This document shows, one piece after another, positions 13,351 through 43,543 of a stretch of 64,000 nt of DNA. The stretch lies in assembly GCA_965153285.1 (NCBI GenBank), contig OZ229119.1; one strand, written 5' to 3'. Every line of letters starts with the position of its first letter. Position 1 is the first letter of the stretch. Below the pieces are notes generated by a model, which was not told the DNA's origin, ran no database searches, and saw only the letters and a program-made list of their open reading frames with translations. The position numbers were made by a program, and so were the translations under genes. This stretch comes from Podarcis tiliguerta. Lineage: Eukaryota.

Positions 13351-15233
13351 ATTATTATTATTACATCATGCCAGCCTCAGTAGTCTTTAAATGCTGGTCA
13401 CAAAACAGAACACAGCACCATGTGGCTTTTTTTTTTTTTTAATGAAAACTTCAGCACTGCACATTCCTTTTTCAGAACCAAGGAATGAAAGGAGAAGAAA
13501 AAATAAAAAGGACACCACAGCAAGGTCTCCACTTCCCTTGGAAATAGAAGGCCATGAGGCGGATGTCGCTACCGGGCGCCCAAGGCACCAAGTGATACAG
13601 GCTGCCGTCTTCCTTTAGCCACAGCACACTCCCATTCTCTCCCCAAGGGTGCTATTAATACTGTCACTGCTTAGGATGCTGCCCACAAAGTTTCAGGCAA
13701 GAAAGTAGACCGTAAGCCATGCCTACCTACTCATCAGTGTTCACTCTTAGCTTCCGGGAAACTCCAGCCATTCAAATATGTTAGGATGATGTTGCAGACA
13801 GCAATATGAGAGACATGGGGAGAGACTTTAAAAGCTACAAACCAGTTAACTACAAACCTGGTTTTTGTTTTTAAACAAAAACATGATGCCAGTTAAAAGT
13901 CAATTCAGAATAAGTGCCTCAAAAAGAAGCAGCAAATGTGTATCAAAGTTATAAAATCTTGAACATGTGTCCAAATTTAAAAGCACACCTCGGAGCTGGC
14001 TCCAGTAAACCTCTTCCTGCTTTTACACAGTGAGTGTGTCTAAACCCACGACAGTTATGATTCTGAGAGGAGAGGCTGAAATGAGGGGTGCAAGCTGGCT
14101 TCTAGACACTAAGAGGCCCGTGCCCACTTACAGGTAGCAACACCCATTTCCCTAATGAGGAGAAATGAATTCTTGCATTACACAAATATGCAGGGATAAG
14201 TCGCCCACTGACAGTGTCAGTTCTCGAGGAGGGGAAGGAAACACTGCCTTTAAAGATACACTTGGATACCATGGGGAAGAAATGGGTGAGTCACAAGAAG
14301 CCAACTTGCAACGTCTCTCCCTTTCCCCAATCTGGTGTAGCTGGTTAGAAAACCAGATATGGCAGGATTCAGAATATGCAGGCACCCATGACTGACTGCA
14401 AGAAAAATAGTACGTTTTGAACACAAGGCCCAAAAAGGATTGTGTGAAATCAATTTGTTGACCTTCCACCAACAATTCCAAAGCCACCAGTGCTTTTGTG
14501 GCCTGCTCCACCTCCTCCCACAAGTCTCGCTTTTAAAGTAAGCTTACAAGTGCATAATTATGAGATCTAGGATCTCATATCAATCCAGCTTTTGGGATGC
14601 TGCTGGAGTGTGTGTGTGTGTGTTCCTTCATGTCGATTACCAATTGCAGGCATTGGTACTTTAAACTAAAGGAGGCTGCCCAGGGCTCACGCAGTTTGAC
14701 TGGTGTGAAAGGGGGGGGGGGGATTCCTACCTCTTCTGAACCAACTAGCATATTCATACTTGTATGAATGGGATTTCAGGAATTCTTGATTGCAGACCAC
14801 AGACACAGGGTCAGTTTCAAAAATATATATATGACAGGGTGGGGAAGAGAAGAGGAGGCAGTTACCTTACTCTGTATACCTAGATCCTCCCAATTCTTCA
14901 TCCGCACGCATACCACACACAAACATCCACCATAATAAAAACTAATAAAAAATCATGACTAAGAGCTCACGATGTACAAAATGTTTGGGCGGGGGGGGGG
15001 GTGGTAAAAAGGGAGAAGGCGGCAGCTGGTCAGTCCCACGTGTGCTTTTGTCACCTTCGTTAGCTTAAACTGTAAACCCTGCGTCCCCCCGGTGGCTCCT
15101 CTCCAGGAGGCGAGGAGGAGGAGGAGAAGTTCCACAGTAGCAGATCAGCTGGGGTGGATTTTGGTTAGGCTGCTCCGGGTTTTTGGGTTGAAGAAGGGGA
15201 GGGTGCGAATTCCGCAGTGATTAAAAACGATGT

Positions 15234-31802
<16,569 letters not shown>

Positions 31803-33874
31803 CTTGGCAGCCCCGGCCTCCTTCTCCGGCCTCATTAGCATAGGCCCCGCCCACCCCTCGCGTCGACCGAGCCGGAGGAGCCCGCCGAGCTCCGCCCCCC
31901 GAACGGGCCTGCTTAATAATTTAGTACCCTGCTGACCAATCGGGGAGCCGCGCTGTTAGTACAGTAATTGCTGTATTGCTATGACAACCCGCAGCTTATT
32001 AATATGGATAAGCCATGTCTCCTTCGAAGACCCTTTTTGCGGTTCCTCCGGTTCAGAAAATAAAAGCAGCGGCAGCAGCGCTACTTGGATTTTTATTTAT
32101 CTCTATTCTGGAACTCTGGGTGGGAGCGGGGCGGTGTTATATTTCTTCCTGCTCGCGGCCAATGGGAGGGAAGAATGCATGATAAACAAAGTTCCTCGCC
32201 AATCGTGGCAAACATTTAAGTAATAGGCGGGAGTGCAGCCTCCACCAATCAGAGAACAAGATTATGGCCGAGGTGAGCAGGTGAGAAAAGAAGGCGGGAA
32301 TTTTATCGTGGCGACCAATAAGAAGCAGTGTACATATGCCAAAGCCAATCAAATACCCCAACCCATTTTGTGATTGAATGGGGATTGCCTCTATTTACTT
32401 CTGTCTCTGAGACAGATTGTCTCGCCCGGGATAATCCCTGGCAAAAGCTGATGAAACGGGGTTGAAATAAATCGCTTTGAGCGGTGATAATCTTATGCAA
32501 TCGAGCAGTCATACTTGCGTTCCGTGACTTTCGCCCAAGGCCAATAACGTTTTATTTCCTTGTTTTTCAGCCTCATTTTGAGAGCGAGGTGGTGGCACTG
32601 AAACGTGTCTGGACTAATCTCCAAATGCTCAAAGCCTTCGTGTAAATCGGTGAAGCCTCACTCTGCCCAAGCGCTTTTGTTTTGGCACTGGTATTCCTGG
32701 CTTCGCATTTCTTATCCATTAGGAATAAATTGAACGGCCCCCGCAGGCTTCAGTGTTTTGAGAAGCCAGCAAACAAGCAATAATAATAATGCTACTGCTA
32801 TTGTCATTACCTGTTCTTCACCAGCAGGTCCCAGGCCAGGCCAGGACAATCTAAAGTTCAAATTTAAAAATCACTTAAAATACATGACTAAATTTCTTCT
32901 GAGGGGTTTTTTATCTAGTTATTTTAAGTTTCTTTAGATAGACAAATATTGGTGTTCCATCTAGTCTGCACCTTTAGGAAAAGTAAGAAAGCTTTTTGGT
33001 ATTTTAAAGATTAACATGTTTTGTAGCATAAGCTTTCCTGGGCCTGTAGGATGTGCCAATCACTTATCTTCTCAAAATACAAAATTCTTCCACAAAAAAA
33101 TTCACATACTATGTAGACATGTATACATCTGGAATACATAAGGAAGAGAGGAAAATGCTGTATCTTTGTAGTGTGGAGTCACAATACTTCAAGCACTGCA
33201 AGAGAGCTGTGTGTTACTGTACTATTCAGCACTCAGTAATGAAATTCAATCCAGTCAGTATGGGCGTTGTCGAAATCTGACAATTAGTGGCCAGTTCCTA
33301 ATAAAAAGAGCAAGGTAAAATTAGTGATATTGTGAATACTAGGGTTTTTCTTCTCAGTGATGACATGAGGAAATACAATAAATCACAGGTCAAAGTGGTG
33401 ACTGCTCAGTTGCATAAGATTACAACAGTTGAGAATTATTGTTTCAGACTTGTGTAATAAGCATTGTCTAAGGATTGACCCAGACCCAGACTTTTAAATC
33501 TCAGTGTGAGAGAAGTAAATAGAGGAAATCCCCATTCATTTATACAGTACACACAATATAAAGCTATAGGGAGCTGAAGGCCACTTATTTTCATGTGTGA
33601 AAAAAATCTCAGAAAATATTAAAAGTATTGATGAAGACTTGGATTTTCATGACATTTGGAATGGCTGAATTTATCAGCTTTTAGCCTACCTATACTCTGT
33701 CTCTTGTATAATATTAATTTGGTTGATGAGTTATCCTGTGGAATGATGATTGAATTGCCTATTTTAGCTGTTGAATTTGTTCCCGTTTTGAATTGGGTAA
33801 GGACAGATGTGACTGACAGATGGAAGTGGAAAGATATTGGCCAGGCAACAGATAGCCTTGTCATTTTATATGAT

Positions 33875-34800
33875 GTTTAACATTATAGTGGAATGATCTG
33901 GAGTCTCAGACTGTGCTGCCATCAATATGTTGACAACATGCAACTTGAATTCTTTGTTACAGCTAAAGCAGGTGTGAGGTGGATGTGCTGGATCAGTGCC
34001 TGGTTTCCGTAATGGACTGGGTGAGAGCCAACAAACTGAAGCTCAGCCAGCATAACACTGTGACCCCGTTATTGGGTGGTTCGTCTCTCTGGATGAGGTT
34101 ACACTTCCCTTGATGTGTCGCTTGAAGAAACAAGTGTTGCTGTTGGGTACACTTGGATTCAATTCAGTCATTTGGCACAAGGAGCCTCAGTGTGGCACAG
34201 AGTGCCTTCTACCAGCTTTGGCTGGTAGCCCAGGTACAACCCTGTCTGGATAGGGATAGCCTGACCTTGCTTGTCTATTTTCTAGTAACCTCCAGTTTAA
34301 ACTTTGAAGACTGTTTGGAAACTACAGCTAACACAGAATGTAGCTATTAAATTGTTAACTGGAACAAGAAGGCGTTAATACAAAGCATGGGACATGGCCA
34401 GTACAAATTGGCTGCCAGTTTGTTTCTGTGCCCAGTTCAAAGTGCTGTTTTGACCTTGAAAATATATTTACATAAAAGACCGTCTTCATATGAATCTGTC
34501 CAGAACCAAAGATGGTTATCTGCAGTCCTCCTTTGTGTGCCCCCTCTGAAGGGTAAGGAGGGTGGCAAAGAGAGAAAAACCATTTATAGTCACCTCATTC
34601 ATAGAATGCTGTCCACAGGGTGCCAACCATGTCATTTTAGCACCAGGCAAATATGTATTTATTTTCATGGGCATTTGGGCAACATATTATTACTAAATCT
34701 GTTTTTGATATATTTCTGTTGCTTTATTAATGTTGTGGTTTTTTTACAGTACTTAGCTGTAAATCATTTTGGCACATTTATTTTAGTAGATAGTGATACA
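33875..34800 (+). mobile_element. Degenerate L2-type LINE (RT-region and 3' fragment)
   Basis: Disrupted RT-like words (CHQYVDNMQL; CLVSVMDWVRANKLKL) with indels and stops, ending in an AT-rich tail. Confidence 0.6.
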
Positions 34801-35649
34801 TAAATTCAGCATATATAACCTATATAAGCATATGTAACCTATATAAGCTTGCCTTCCTTATGGTCCTTAAATCTTAAAGACAGCCCATATAGTTGAGGAA
34901 GTATGCCGGTCTTCCCCAACTGGGCGTCCCGCATGTGATGTTGGACTAACATGCTAAACAGGCCTAGCCATAGGAGCCAACTCCTAGGGGCCCTTGGGGT
35001 CTTCAGCCTCCCAATAAAATGTTTGAGGGGGCCGCCCCCCCCCCAGTTGATGGCCATTGTCATTCAAATGGTGTACATACACCGTGTGGTGTGATCAATT
35101 ATGTGGGGTGGGGCTGCACCAAGAGGCGGGAGGCTAACATTGGTTACTGGCTCCCAGTTCTAATTTGAAATACTGCACAATCGCATCAACAGACTGAATA
35201 AATAACTCTCGTTTATAAATAAAATCAAGGCTACTTCAGCTTCATCCCTGATAAAAGGTACATTCAGCAGCGCAGGGGTTCCCAAACTGTGGTCCTGCGT
35301 TGTGGGAGGGGGAAAAATATTTTGGGAATCACTGCAGTCGGGTAGGGGAGGATCTTTGCTGCTCCAGCACAAACGGGCAGCTGCTGTCATGCATGCAAGC
35401 TGCCTGAAATACAGTGGTACCTCGGTTTAAGAACAGCCATGTTTACGAATTATTCAGTATACGATGTATGCACCGATTGAAATGTTTACCAATGTCAGTC
35501 ACCCAAAGGGAGCGGGTGAGGCGAGGCGCGTTAAAACCATGACTCTCTGACTCAAAGGCATGCATATCCTTAATTATATTTTTATCTCACCCGCCACGCG
35601 GCTAAGGAATGCCTACACCCGCCTTTTATGTCCTTAACAACACCCCTGT

Positions 35650-36600
35650 GAAGTGGGTCGGGGCTCAGAGGACGCCTGGCAGAGAATTCCGTCCGCGCCG
35701 GGCTTCATAGGCATGAGGAGGAATTGTGAACACGCGGTCCTCCTCCCAGCTCGTCACACCCAATCCTCAGCCCCACAACTCCGCACTGCCTATAATAAGG
35801 CACAGCTCAAGCCGCACGCGAAGCCGAGGGTTAAGATTTCAGAAGAGATTGCAAAGGCAACGTCTCCGGCGCCGTCTGAAAGGGAGGAGGGAGAGAGAGC
35901 GAGGACCGCCTTCTCTGACGTCACGCGGAACCCTGCTCCATAGGCCCGCGCCGGGGGCGGGCTCAGCGCGCTCACACACACGCGCGCGCGACGGGGAAGG
36001 GCTCTGTTATGGTTGCGCATGCGCTGGCTCCTGGGTGGTTGTTGGGCTTCAGCAGGTTGGGGCCGCTAACGGGTGAGTAGCAGCGTGACGGGGGGACGGG
36101 GCGAGGGGTCGCGAAGGGAGAGAGGCGTTCCGTGTGTTCCCCCCCCAAAAAAAAACCCAAGAATGCGGGAGGGCCTGTGGGGTTGCCCCCACCTGAGTAG
36201 AGCTCTTTTCTCCCACACGTCACCCTGGACAGTCTCTCCTTCTTCTTCCTCGCCCCCCCTCATAAGACTCTCCGGTTCCCGCTTCTCCCGAGTTGGCGAG
36301 TTCAACGCCTCCCCCCCCCCTCTCCGCGCCCCACAGTCCAGAGAAGGAGCTGTCCCGTCGTCCCCCCCCCCCCCCCCGAGCGGGCACAGGGGCCTGCTGA
36401 CTGCATGACTGCGGTTCCCCAGGACAGGCCAGGACTGCTGTGATTGCGAGCACAAACTCCCGTGCAAGCACAAACTCACTCTCCCCCCCCCCCCCGTAGT
36501 TCCTGCACGCGCTTCTCCTGCTCGCACTTAACGGCGGGATATTGGCACCCTCCGCGACGCCGAGGAGGGCTGGGGGTGCTTGTGAGCCAAAGGAAAACCA
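35650..36600 (+). promoter_or_regulatory. CpG island promoter and non-coding exon 1 of JOSD1
   Basis: CpG-rich; full CRE TGACGTCA 35916-35923, GC box ~35953, NRF1-type TGCGCATGCGC 36014-36024; donor CGG|GTGAGT at 36072/36073. Confidence 0.8.
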
Positions 36601-37454
36601 TTCTTTCCGGATGTGGGGAACCCCGGATTTCATAAAGCAGGCCTTCCTTGCACCTTCGTGGCTTTTTTGTTTTGTTTATGCAGAGCAGTTCTGGAAATCC
36701 TTTTCTGGGGTGCTGTTTTAAAAAGTCGGTAACCGGGCAGTGATAGTTCTGTGCTTCATTGGATCTCTTCTTTTCTCCCATCAGGAACACAAGAAGCCTT
36801 GGGCAAGGAATTTTGTACCTGGCGAAGTTGGAGGACCACCCCCCCACCTACTCCCCTGGAAGAAACAGTCTGTTTCCCTGTCTCTCTGCATCTGTGTTTT
36901 GGGGACGCAGCCTCTCTGACAAGATTGCAAAAATGCAGTTGATGCCTCTCTGGGGGCCCTGTATTCCTTCTGGACAGCACCAACTTGGCCTTGCTTAATT
37001 ACATGATATTTGTCTTCCCCCACCCCTTTTTTGTTATTGTTGTTAGATTGAGCATATTTTAAGAGTTAGGCTGTGGATCTTTGTCTTGGACGCATCATTG
37101 ACCAAAGGAAATGGAGGAAAAAGAGCGATGTGATACATTCTATCTGACACTCTGATGTTAAGGCCATATAAAACATTTTTCAAGGGGAGGCCGAGAAAGA
37201 GATGCAAATATACTAAGGACGGTTCCTTGCAGGCTAATGGAGGTGGGAGGGTGGGAGAAAAATGATTAAAATCTTTAAGTTATTTCTGCAGCCATCTAGT
37301 GAAGACAACTATTAAAGTAACAGCAGGTGTTCCACTTGTGTGGGCTGGAGTTGTCTAGAAACGAAAGGCTGCTTGCTCTGCTTTTTGTGTGGTGGGGAGA
37401 AACTTCATAAACTTTGTCATCTCCTATCTTCACGTCCTACACTACAAAAAAAAA

Positions 37455-40400
37455 ATGAGTTGTGTGCCATGGAAAGGTGACAAAATAAAATCGGAATCAT
37501 CTGAAACACCACAGCCGATGCCAGTGCGTATTTATCATGAAAAACAGCGCAGGGAGTTATGTGCTCTCCATGCCCTCAATAATGTCTTCCAGGACGGCAA
37601 TGCCTTTACCCGAGACACGTTACAGGAGATTTTTCAAAGGTAAGAAGAACTTGGTTTGCCAGCATTATGTTGGGGGGGGGTGTTGTTTTGTTTTCTGTAC
37701 ATGCATTCACTTCTTTAGTTGTATTTAGTGCCTCGGAAACTTTGTGGGTTGGGTGAGGAAAAGAAGAGTTTCCAGAATTTTAACACTGATTCTGAATGGT
37801 TTCTTGTTTCATTAATCACCACACATTTTACTAAGGAGACCACCAATACAGTTTGCCTTTTTGTCCAGGGTTCTGCCTCTCTGTAACAGCTTCTGAAGCA
37901 GAAACAAAATCCTCTTAGAGCTGCGCTTTGCATAGATGTTTTAATGTGTAATTAAAAAGAAGACACACGGGCAAAATGTAGCCAGGGGATCTCATGAGAA
38001 CACTTATTTCCGGATGTTAAATACAATTCTTGCTGTCCTGGGTATGGTGGACCATCATCCCTCAGGCTACATCTGCCAGTCTTTCATCATATGTCTCTGT
38101 CTGCTCTCTGGGAACCAGTGTCTTCTGCAAGTCCTCCTGCTCTTAACTCTTCTATGCACCATACCATTCAACTACCCAAGTTGCTTCTGCTGCATCTGCT
38201 CCTTTGATTTACACATCAGTGCTCTCCATGCTCCCTCTTTTGTTATCCAGCTAAACAGTAGCTGATATGGTCCCATTATTGTATCATGTGTGTTAGTACC
38301 TAGCTTGAAAACAGTGCTTGGAACTGAAAAAATAGGTGGTAGTCCTTGCGTGTATGCGTGATCCTTTATTTACTACTTAAATGTTTTGAGAAATGTGCTA
38401 CTCAGCCATTTGCAAACTGGAATTCTCCCAATCTCTCTTTATGGATAGTCTTGTGCACCCTTGATAATGAGTAAATATAACGGAGGAGCTTACTCTTTTG
38501 AGTAAAAATGCCTAGGATCATGCATATATTTTAAAGCTGGTAGTCTGAAGTTTGTGTTGAAAATTAAAATAGGTAATATAGTCAAGGCAATAGTTCCTGT
38601 GTTGTTTATGTAGTGTTTTCTTGTTCTTCTGGGAGTTCTCCATATTCCTTGAGACTCTTGGGAGGCTTAATTTAAGACACGGTACATTTAAGTGGATTCC
38701 CTTGAGTTTCTATCTTGAACTTATTGGAATGGAAAAGTGAAGCTTGTGTAAATGTTCAGGAACATTTAGAAAAGTTCTTAACGTCTAGGTTCCTGACGAA
38801 GGATTCCGTGGCTTAGGTCTTTACAAATGTAATTGTTGAAGGATTATGGCTGTAATTAACGAACCCACAAAACTTGCCTCTCACACACCAGAGCAAAGTG
38901 GCCCTATGCAGTCCTAATTTATTAAATACATCTTTGCCTGCTTTCTTTACTGTCTTAGATCATAGACTGTTGTATTGGTTACCATGAGCATGTGAAATGG
39001 ATCAAAGCAGATCTTCCTTGCCTATTTAAAAAGTGGCACTGTCTGTTGTTAACCTTTAGGGGAAAGGACAAGGTGCCCTTCGTTCCTCCAGAGCAATTAT
39101 GGATGAACAAATGTCATTTGGCTGTGGAGAGATCATTTCATGGTAAATGTCTGAGGATTGCTCATTTCCTGATGCCAGTCATAATTACAGATTGAGCTTG
39201 TTGGGATACCACATATAGCTTGTTCATGTGATTGAAACCAGCATGACTACTTGGCTTTGTTCAGACAATAGTTGATGTTTGAATCTTACAGGAGTGTCAT
39301 GCTCTTTCAACACAGAGAGGTATCTGCCACTGTGAAATCAAGAATTTTACCAGTTTTTCAAAAGTGTAGAAATCATTGTACTGTAATTCTTGTTTTGGAT
39401 GAAGTCTCTATCAGGGCCCAGTCATGTGTTGTGAAAGTTTATTCTTGCCACTCTTTGAAACTTTGCTGTCTTTTATTGTAGGTTCTGTAATGGTTTATTG
39501 TAATCTTCTACATGTTAGCAATGACTTTCATTTTCTTTTTTGAGGGATATAAATCCGGTGACAGAAAAACAATAGGTTTACTTTGAGAACACTTAATGGA
39601 CTTCCCCACTCTCTGTCCATCCCAGCACCTATCTCTTCCCTTAAATGCACAGATAGAGTAGTGGACTTAATTTATTAACCTTTTTGTCCATCTTCAGCTA
39701 TCTTTCCCCAAATGGTCAGCCTTGCTTCATCATCTGCTTGGGACCAATGCTATCTTCATGTTTCTACAATGTGTTTTCATGTTCAGGTTGTCTCCCAACA
39801 CCATGGTGACACCCCACAAGAAAAGCATGCTGGGAAACGGGAACTATGATGTGAACGTCATCATGGCAGCTCTTCAGACCAAAGGTTATGAAGCAGTTTG
39901 GTGGGATAAGCGCAGGTAAAGAGAACCAGACTGTCAAGAGAGACTTGCCATCATTGGAACTGACTTCTTCCTAGTTGGGTTTATAAATAACTGTAAGAGC
40001 CTAACAGTTTCTTTCTTCTATTATTCTCTGTTCAGGGATGTCAGTGTAATTGCCCTCTCCAATGTGATGGGCTTCATTATGAATCTGCCATCAAGCCTCT
40101 GCTGGGGTCCATTGAAACTTCCTCTTAAACGGCAACATTGGATCTGTGTCCGGGAAGTGGGAGGTATCTACTATAACCTTGACTCTAAACTCAAGGTGCC
40201 TGAATCCATTGGAGGTGAAAGTGAGCTCAGGTAGGTTTTCTTCCATCCTAGCCAGTATAACCTAGGTGCCCATCCTCTGAACATATTGTAAATTGAAGTG
40301 CATAATCCGTAGTGTAGATTGGTTTTAATCTCCCAGAGATGAAGGGAGTAAAGTGTACCAACAATGGTGAAGAATGAAAACAAAAGCCTAGACTTTGTCC

Positions 40401-40998
40401 TTATCCTTCACTTTTTTGCAACAGAATTAGCTCAGATTGAAAAGTAGGCATTTGACGTTACTTAGTAATAGGAACCCATTTTCAGGGAAAGGGCAACATT
40501 ACCCTGGTGGAAAGTTGTTGGGGGCTGCATTTGACTGGCAGGTGCAACCAGAACCATACACATACACACTCGTTTTCTCTCTTTTTAGTTTATTTAATAC
40601 TTAATTCATAGTAAGGCTCAAGGCTCACCGGAAGGTGATTTTCTTCATAGACTTTTAAAACAAAGTTTTGTTAAAGGGTGTTACTGTCTTCTGAACAGTA
40701 AGATATTTTTTTTAAAAGTTCTAAGATCTCTGTAGTTCCAGCTGAAGAAAACCAATAAGATCAAATCATGGCTGACCTGCAAGTTCTTAAAGCTATTCAA
40801 ATGGCAGAATGTAGGTGCATACCAAAAATTACACTCAACAAAAAGATTGCATTTGAACTGTGCTTTCTTTTTCCCCTACCCACCTTTAACTGCTACAGGA
40901 AGTTTTTGAGACACCAGCTGCGAGGAAAGAACTGTGAACTTCTTCTAGTGGTGCCTGAAGAGGTGGAAGCACATCAGAGTTGGAAAGCGGATGCATGA
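37455..40998 (+). CDS. JOSD1: Josephin-1 deubiquitinase, complete, 202 aa
   Basis: Coding exons 37455-37639, 39787-39915, 40036-40230 and 40899-40998 (609 nt). [10 protein letters not shown]...[18 protein letters not shown]...[20 protein letters not shown]...; Josephin Cys/His/Asp catalytic residues present. Confidence 0.98.
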
Positions 40999-43319
40999 CC
41001 TGCAACTACCCTGTCCTCGCACTACAGTACTGGTCCTTCTCCCTCCACCAATTTCTAATGTCCTGTGATGTGGATAATGAGCACTCTTCTCCTCTTCCCT
41101 GGAACTTTGGCATTTCCCCCCCATTATGAGGCCATAAGGCAACCACAAGGTATTGTCGGAGCCAACATGAAGAACAGAAGCTGGACATGTAGTAGGGGAA
41201 GAGAAGGAGGTGGACGTAACAGAACCAGATCTGTGCTCTTTAATTATAATGCATACTTTCATTTAGAAATGGGTGTTGGAATTCTCCCCTTTAATTTCCT
41301 GCTCCCCCGCCCCAGTCTTAGAAGGACTTCATACTGGGTTACACACAACTGTCTCCAAGAGTTCCTATAACTCTTGTTTGGCTAGTGTGTGTCTCCTTCA
41401 GGGTAGGGCTGGGGCCAGGCATATTTTTCCCCCCCAAAGCCATGCCTGCCTCCCTCCAACCCTCATTGTGGAACTCCCTACAGGAGTTTTGGGCTTTTCC
41501 TGCCTCCATACTCTTCATTATGTGTGTCCTTTGTCTCCAACACCAAACTTTATGTTGAAGAAATTTGCAAACCATTTGGGTCTCTCAGGAAACTAGATAC
41601 TCTTAGCAAAGGTATGGTGCTTGTGGATTCCCCTTTTGTAATAGTAATTGTGCCAAGAGTTAGGGGAGATGTAGACAAAATGGGACCATAATAATGGAAC
41701 TCCTTACAGGAGTTTTCCTGTCTCATGCTCTTTTTAAGTGTGGTCTGAAAATGAAAGACTGAATAGTTTGGAAAAGTGGTAGCTAAATTGATGCTTATTT
41801 AAAAGCCTCAAGTATTTTTGTTAGGTGGTCCACATGTAGCCTGTGTTTATTTTTCTTATCTGTCTGTCCTGTAATTCAGGGAAATATTCACTGAGCAGGG
41901 AATAAAACTACAGGCTGTTTGAGGATGAAATCATGAAACAAAAGGGAAGAGTAGCCAAGTTTCAGCAAGGTAGGAAGCTGGAAATGGAGCAAATGTTGAT
42001 TTCCAAGTGGAATTATGGGAAACAAGATCAAAGGGCTAGATTTCTGTTGCTCTTGTATAGCAACGGTCAGTTGTTGGGGTTGAGAATGCTTAAGCAAGTT
42101 TGCTGGGGGTGAGGGAAGACTGTTTACAACAGGTAGGCTGAGCCACATTCTTCCATTATGACTGGCAGGTGACCCTCCTGAATTTAACTCTTCTCTCCTC
42201 ACCAACCAAGTGAACAAGCTAAAGACCCTGGCAGGAGACTGAATTAGTTTTCCTTCTGATCTGATTCAGGTGTTTCACATCACTTCTTTGTGCTAGTTAG
42301 TAGGTGAAATGGAGAAGGTGGCCTTTCACTCGATTGACTTCTCCTTGAACCCCGTTTATTCTATTGTTGCATTTTTCATTATTAATGCTTTTTGCCAGCT
42401 TCATTTTCAGTAGTACTGGAACAGTGGAAGTAGAACCCACTTTTTTAGTTTAATTCTATAGGAAAATGTAATGGTTAAGGAGGGCTGAAACCGACCCCTT
42501 ACATCCTTGGAATCTGACCTGTCCATTCTAAGCATGAGCAAGATACATGCTTTCTAAGCCAGCATTCCAAGCCCTTCACAGTTGAATGCAGTGTGAATGG
42601 TATCAACATCTTGTTTATTGACCTCTGGACACCTTGCAGGCAATATACTGGGAACTTGTGTTGGCTATTCTCTGCATGTATTACAGTCATAGCCTAATAA
42701 CTTCTATTTTTACAAATGCCCTCCCCTTTCTTCTGGACTACACATTCCAATAACCAAAGCCAGCTAGCAGAATTTGTACACACATACACACACTTCACAA
42801 GCAGAACATCAGGCTTGCAGTTCTGCTTCTGACTTGAAGCCATTCCCCCCCCCAAAAAAAAAAACCCTCAAAGACATTATTTTGTCTGCTGGCTAAATAA
42901 TAGCACTTTGGAGAGACCCCGTTTGCATGGAAGCCAATGGACCAGTGCACAATATGCAAATATCTTTTAAAGCATACAGCTGTTTCTTTCCGTCTGTGTG
43001 TATTTATGTCATTGTTCTGTCCTTAGGGAAAAAGTGGGGTGATTCAGCAGCTCAGGAAAAGGGAACATGTGATCACCCACCCCTCTGGACCAGAGTTATG
43101 GCAGCAGAGGAAAGGAATCAGCCCATTCCCATTGCCTGGGAATGAAGAAGCCCTTAATTGTTTTCCTGCTTGTTTGGTTTTGTTATAGCCTTGTCTTGGG
43201 TTTGTTTACAGAGATGTATTTTGTTTAACCAAATATTAAAAATGAAAAAGCCTTCCTGTGTCCTGTCACTTCTGTGTGTTGAACTGAATTGTATTGTAAT
43301 AATGTATATAAAGGAAAAA

Positions 43320-43325
43320 AATAAA
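43320..43325 (+). terminator. JOSD1 poly(A) signal
   Basis: AATAAA after U-rich, TGTA-rich 3'UTR-like sequence, ~2.3 kb after the stop codon. Confidence 0.65.
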
Positions 43326-43543
43326 CACATGCTGGTATGAAGCTGTAGCCTAAGAAGAACTTATTACGCAGCTACTCTCCATTGGAGCTGAGAGGGTCCC
43401 TCCCTGCCATTACTACCGAACACAAACGTGTAAAGCTAAGGGTTGACACTCCATTGGTAAGTTTTAGTATCCTGCTGTTAGCAAGCATAATGTATGTAAA
43501 GCCTGAGATAATGAAGAAAATACTTCCATGTTTGCACTGAAAC

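Noticed and set aside
35412-35470. Tigger-like TIR (TA|CAGTGGTACCTC) near the JOSD1 promoter
   Set aside because: No matching right-hand TIR found; only a fragment.
35653-36847. Several overlapping 100-150 aa ORFs
   Set aside because: Low-complexity Gly/Pro/Arg translations of the JOSD1 CpG island and intron 1, with no recognisable family.
40880-40898. CCTTTAAC before the JOSD1 last exon as a U12 branch site
   Set aside because: The upstream donor is GTAGGT (U2-type) and a normal pyrimidine tract is present.
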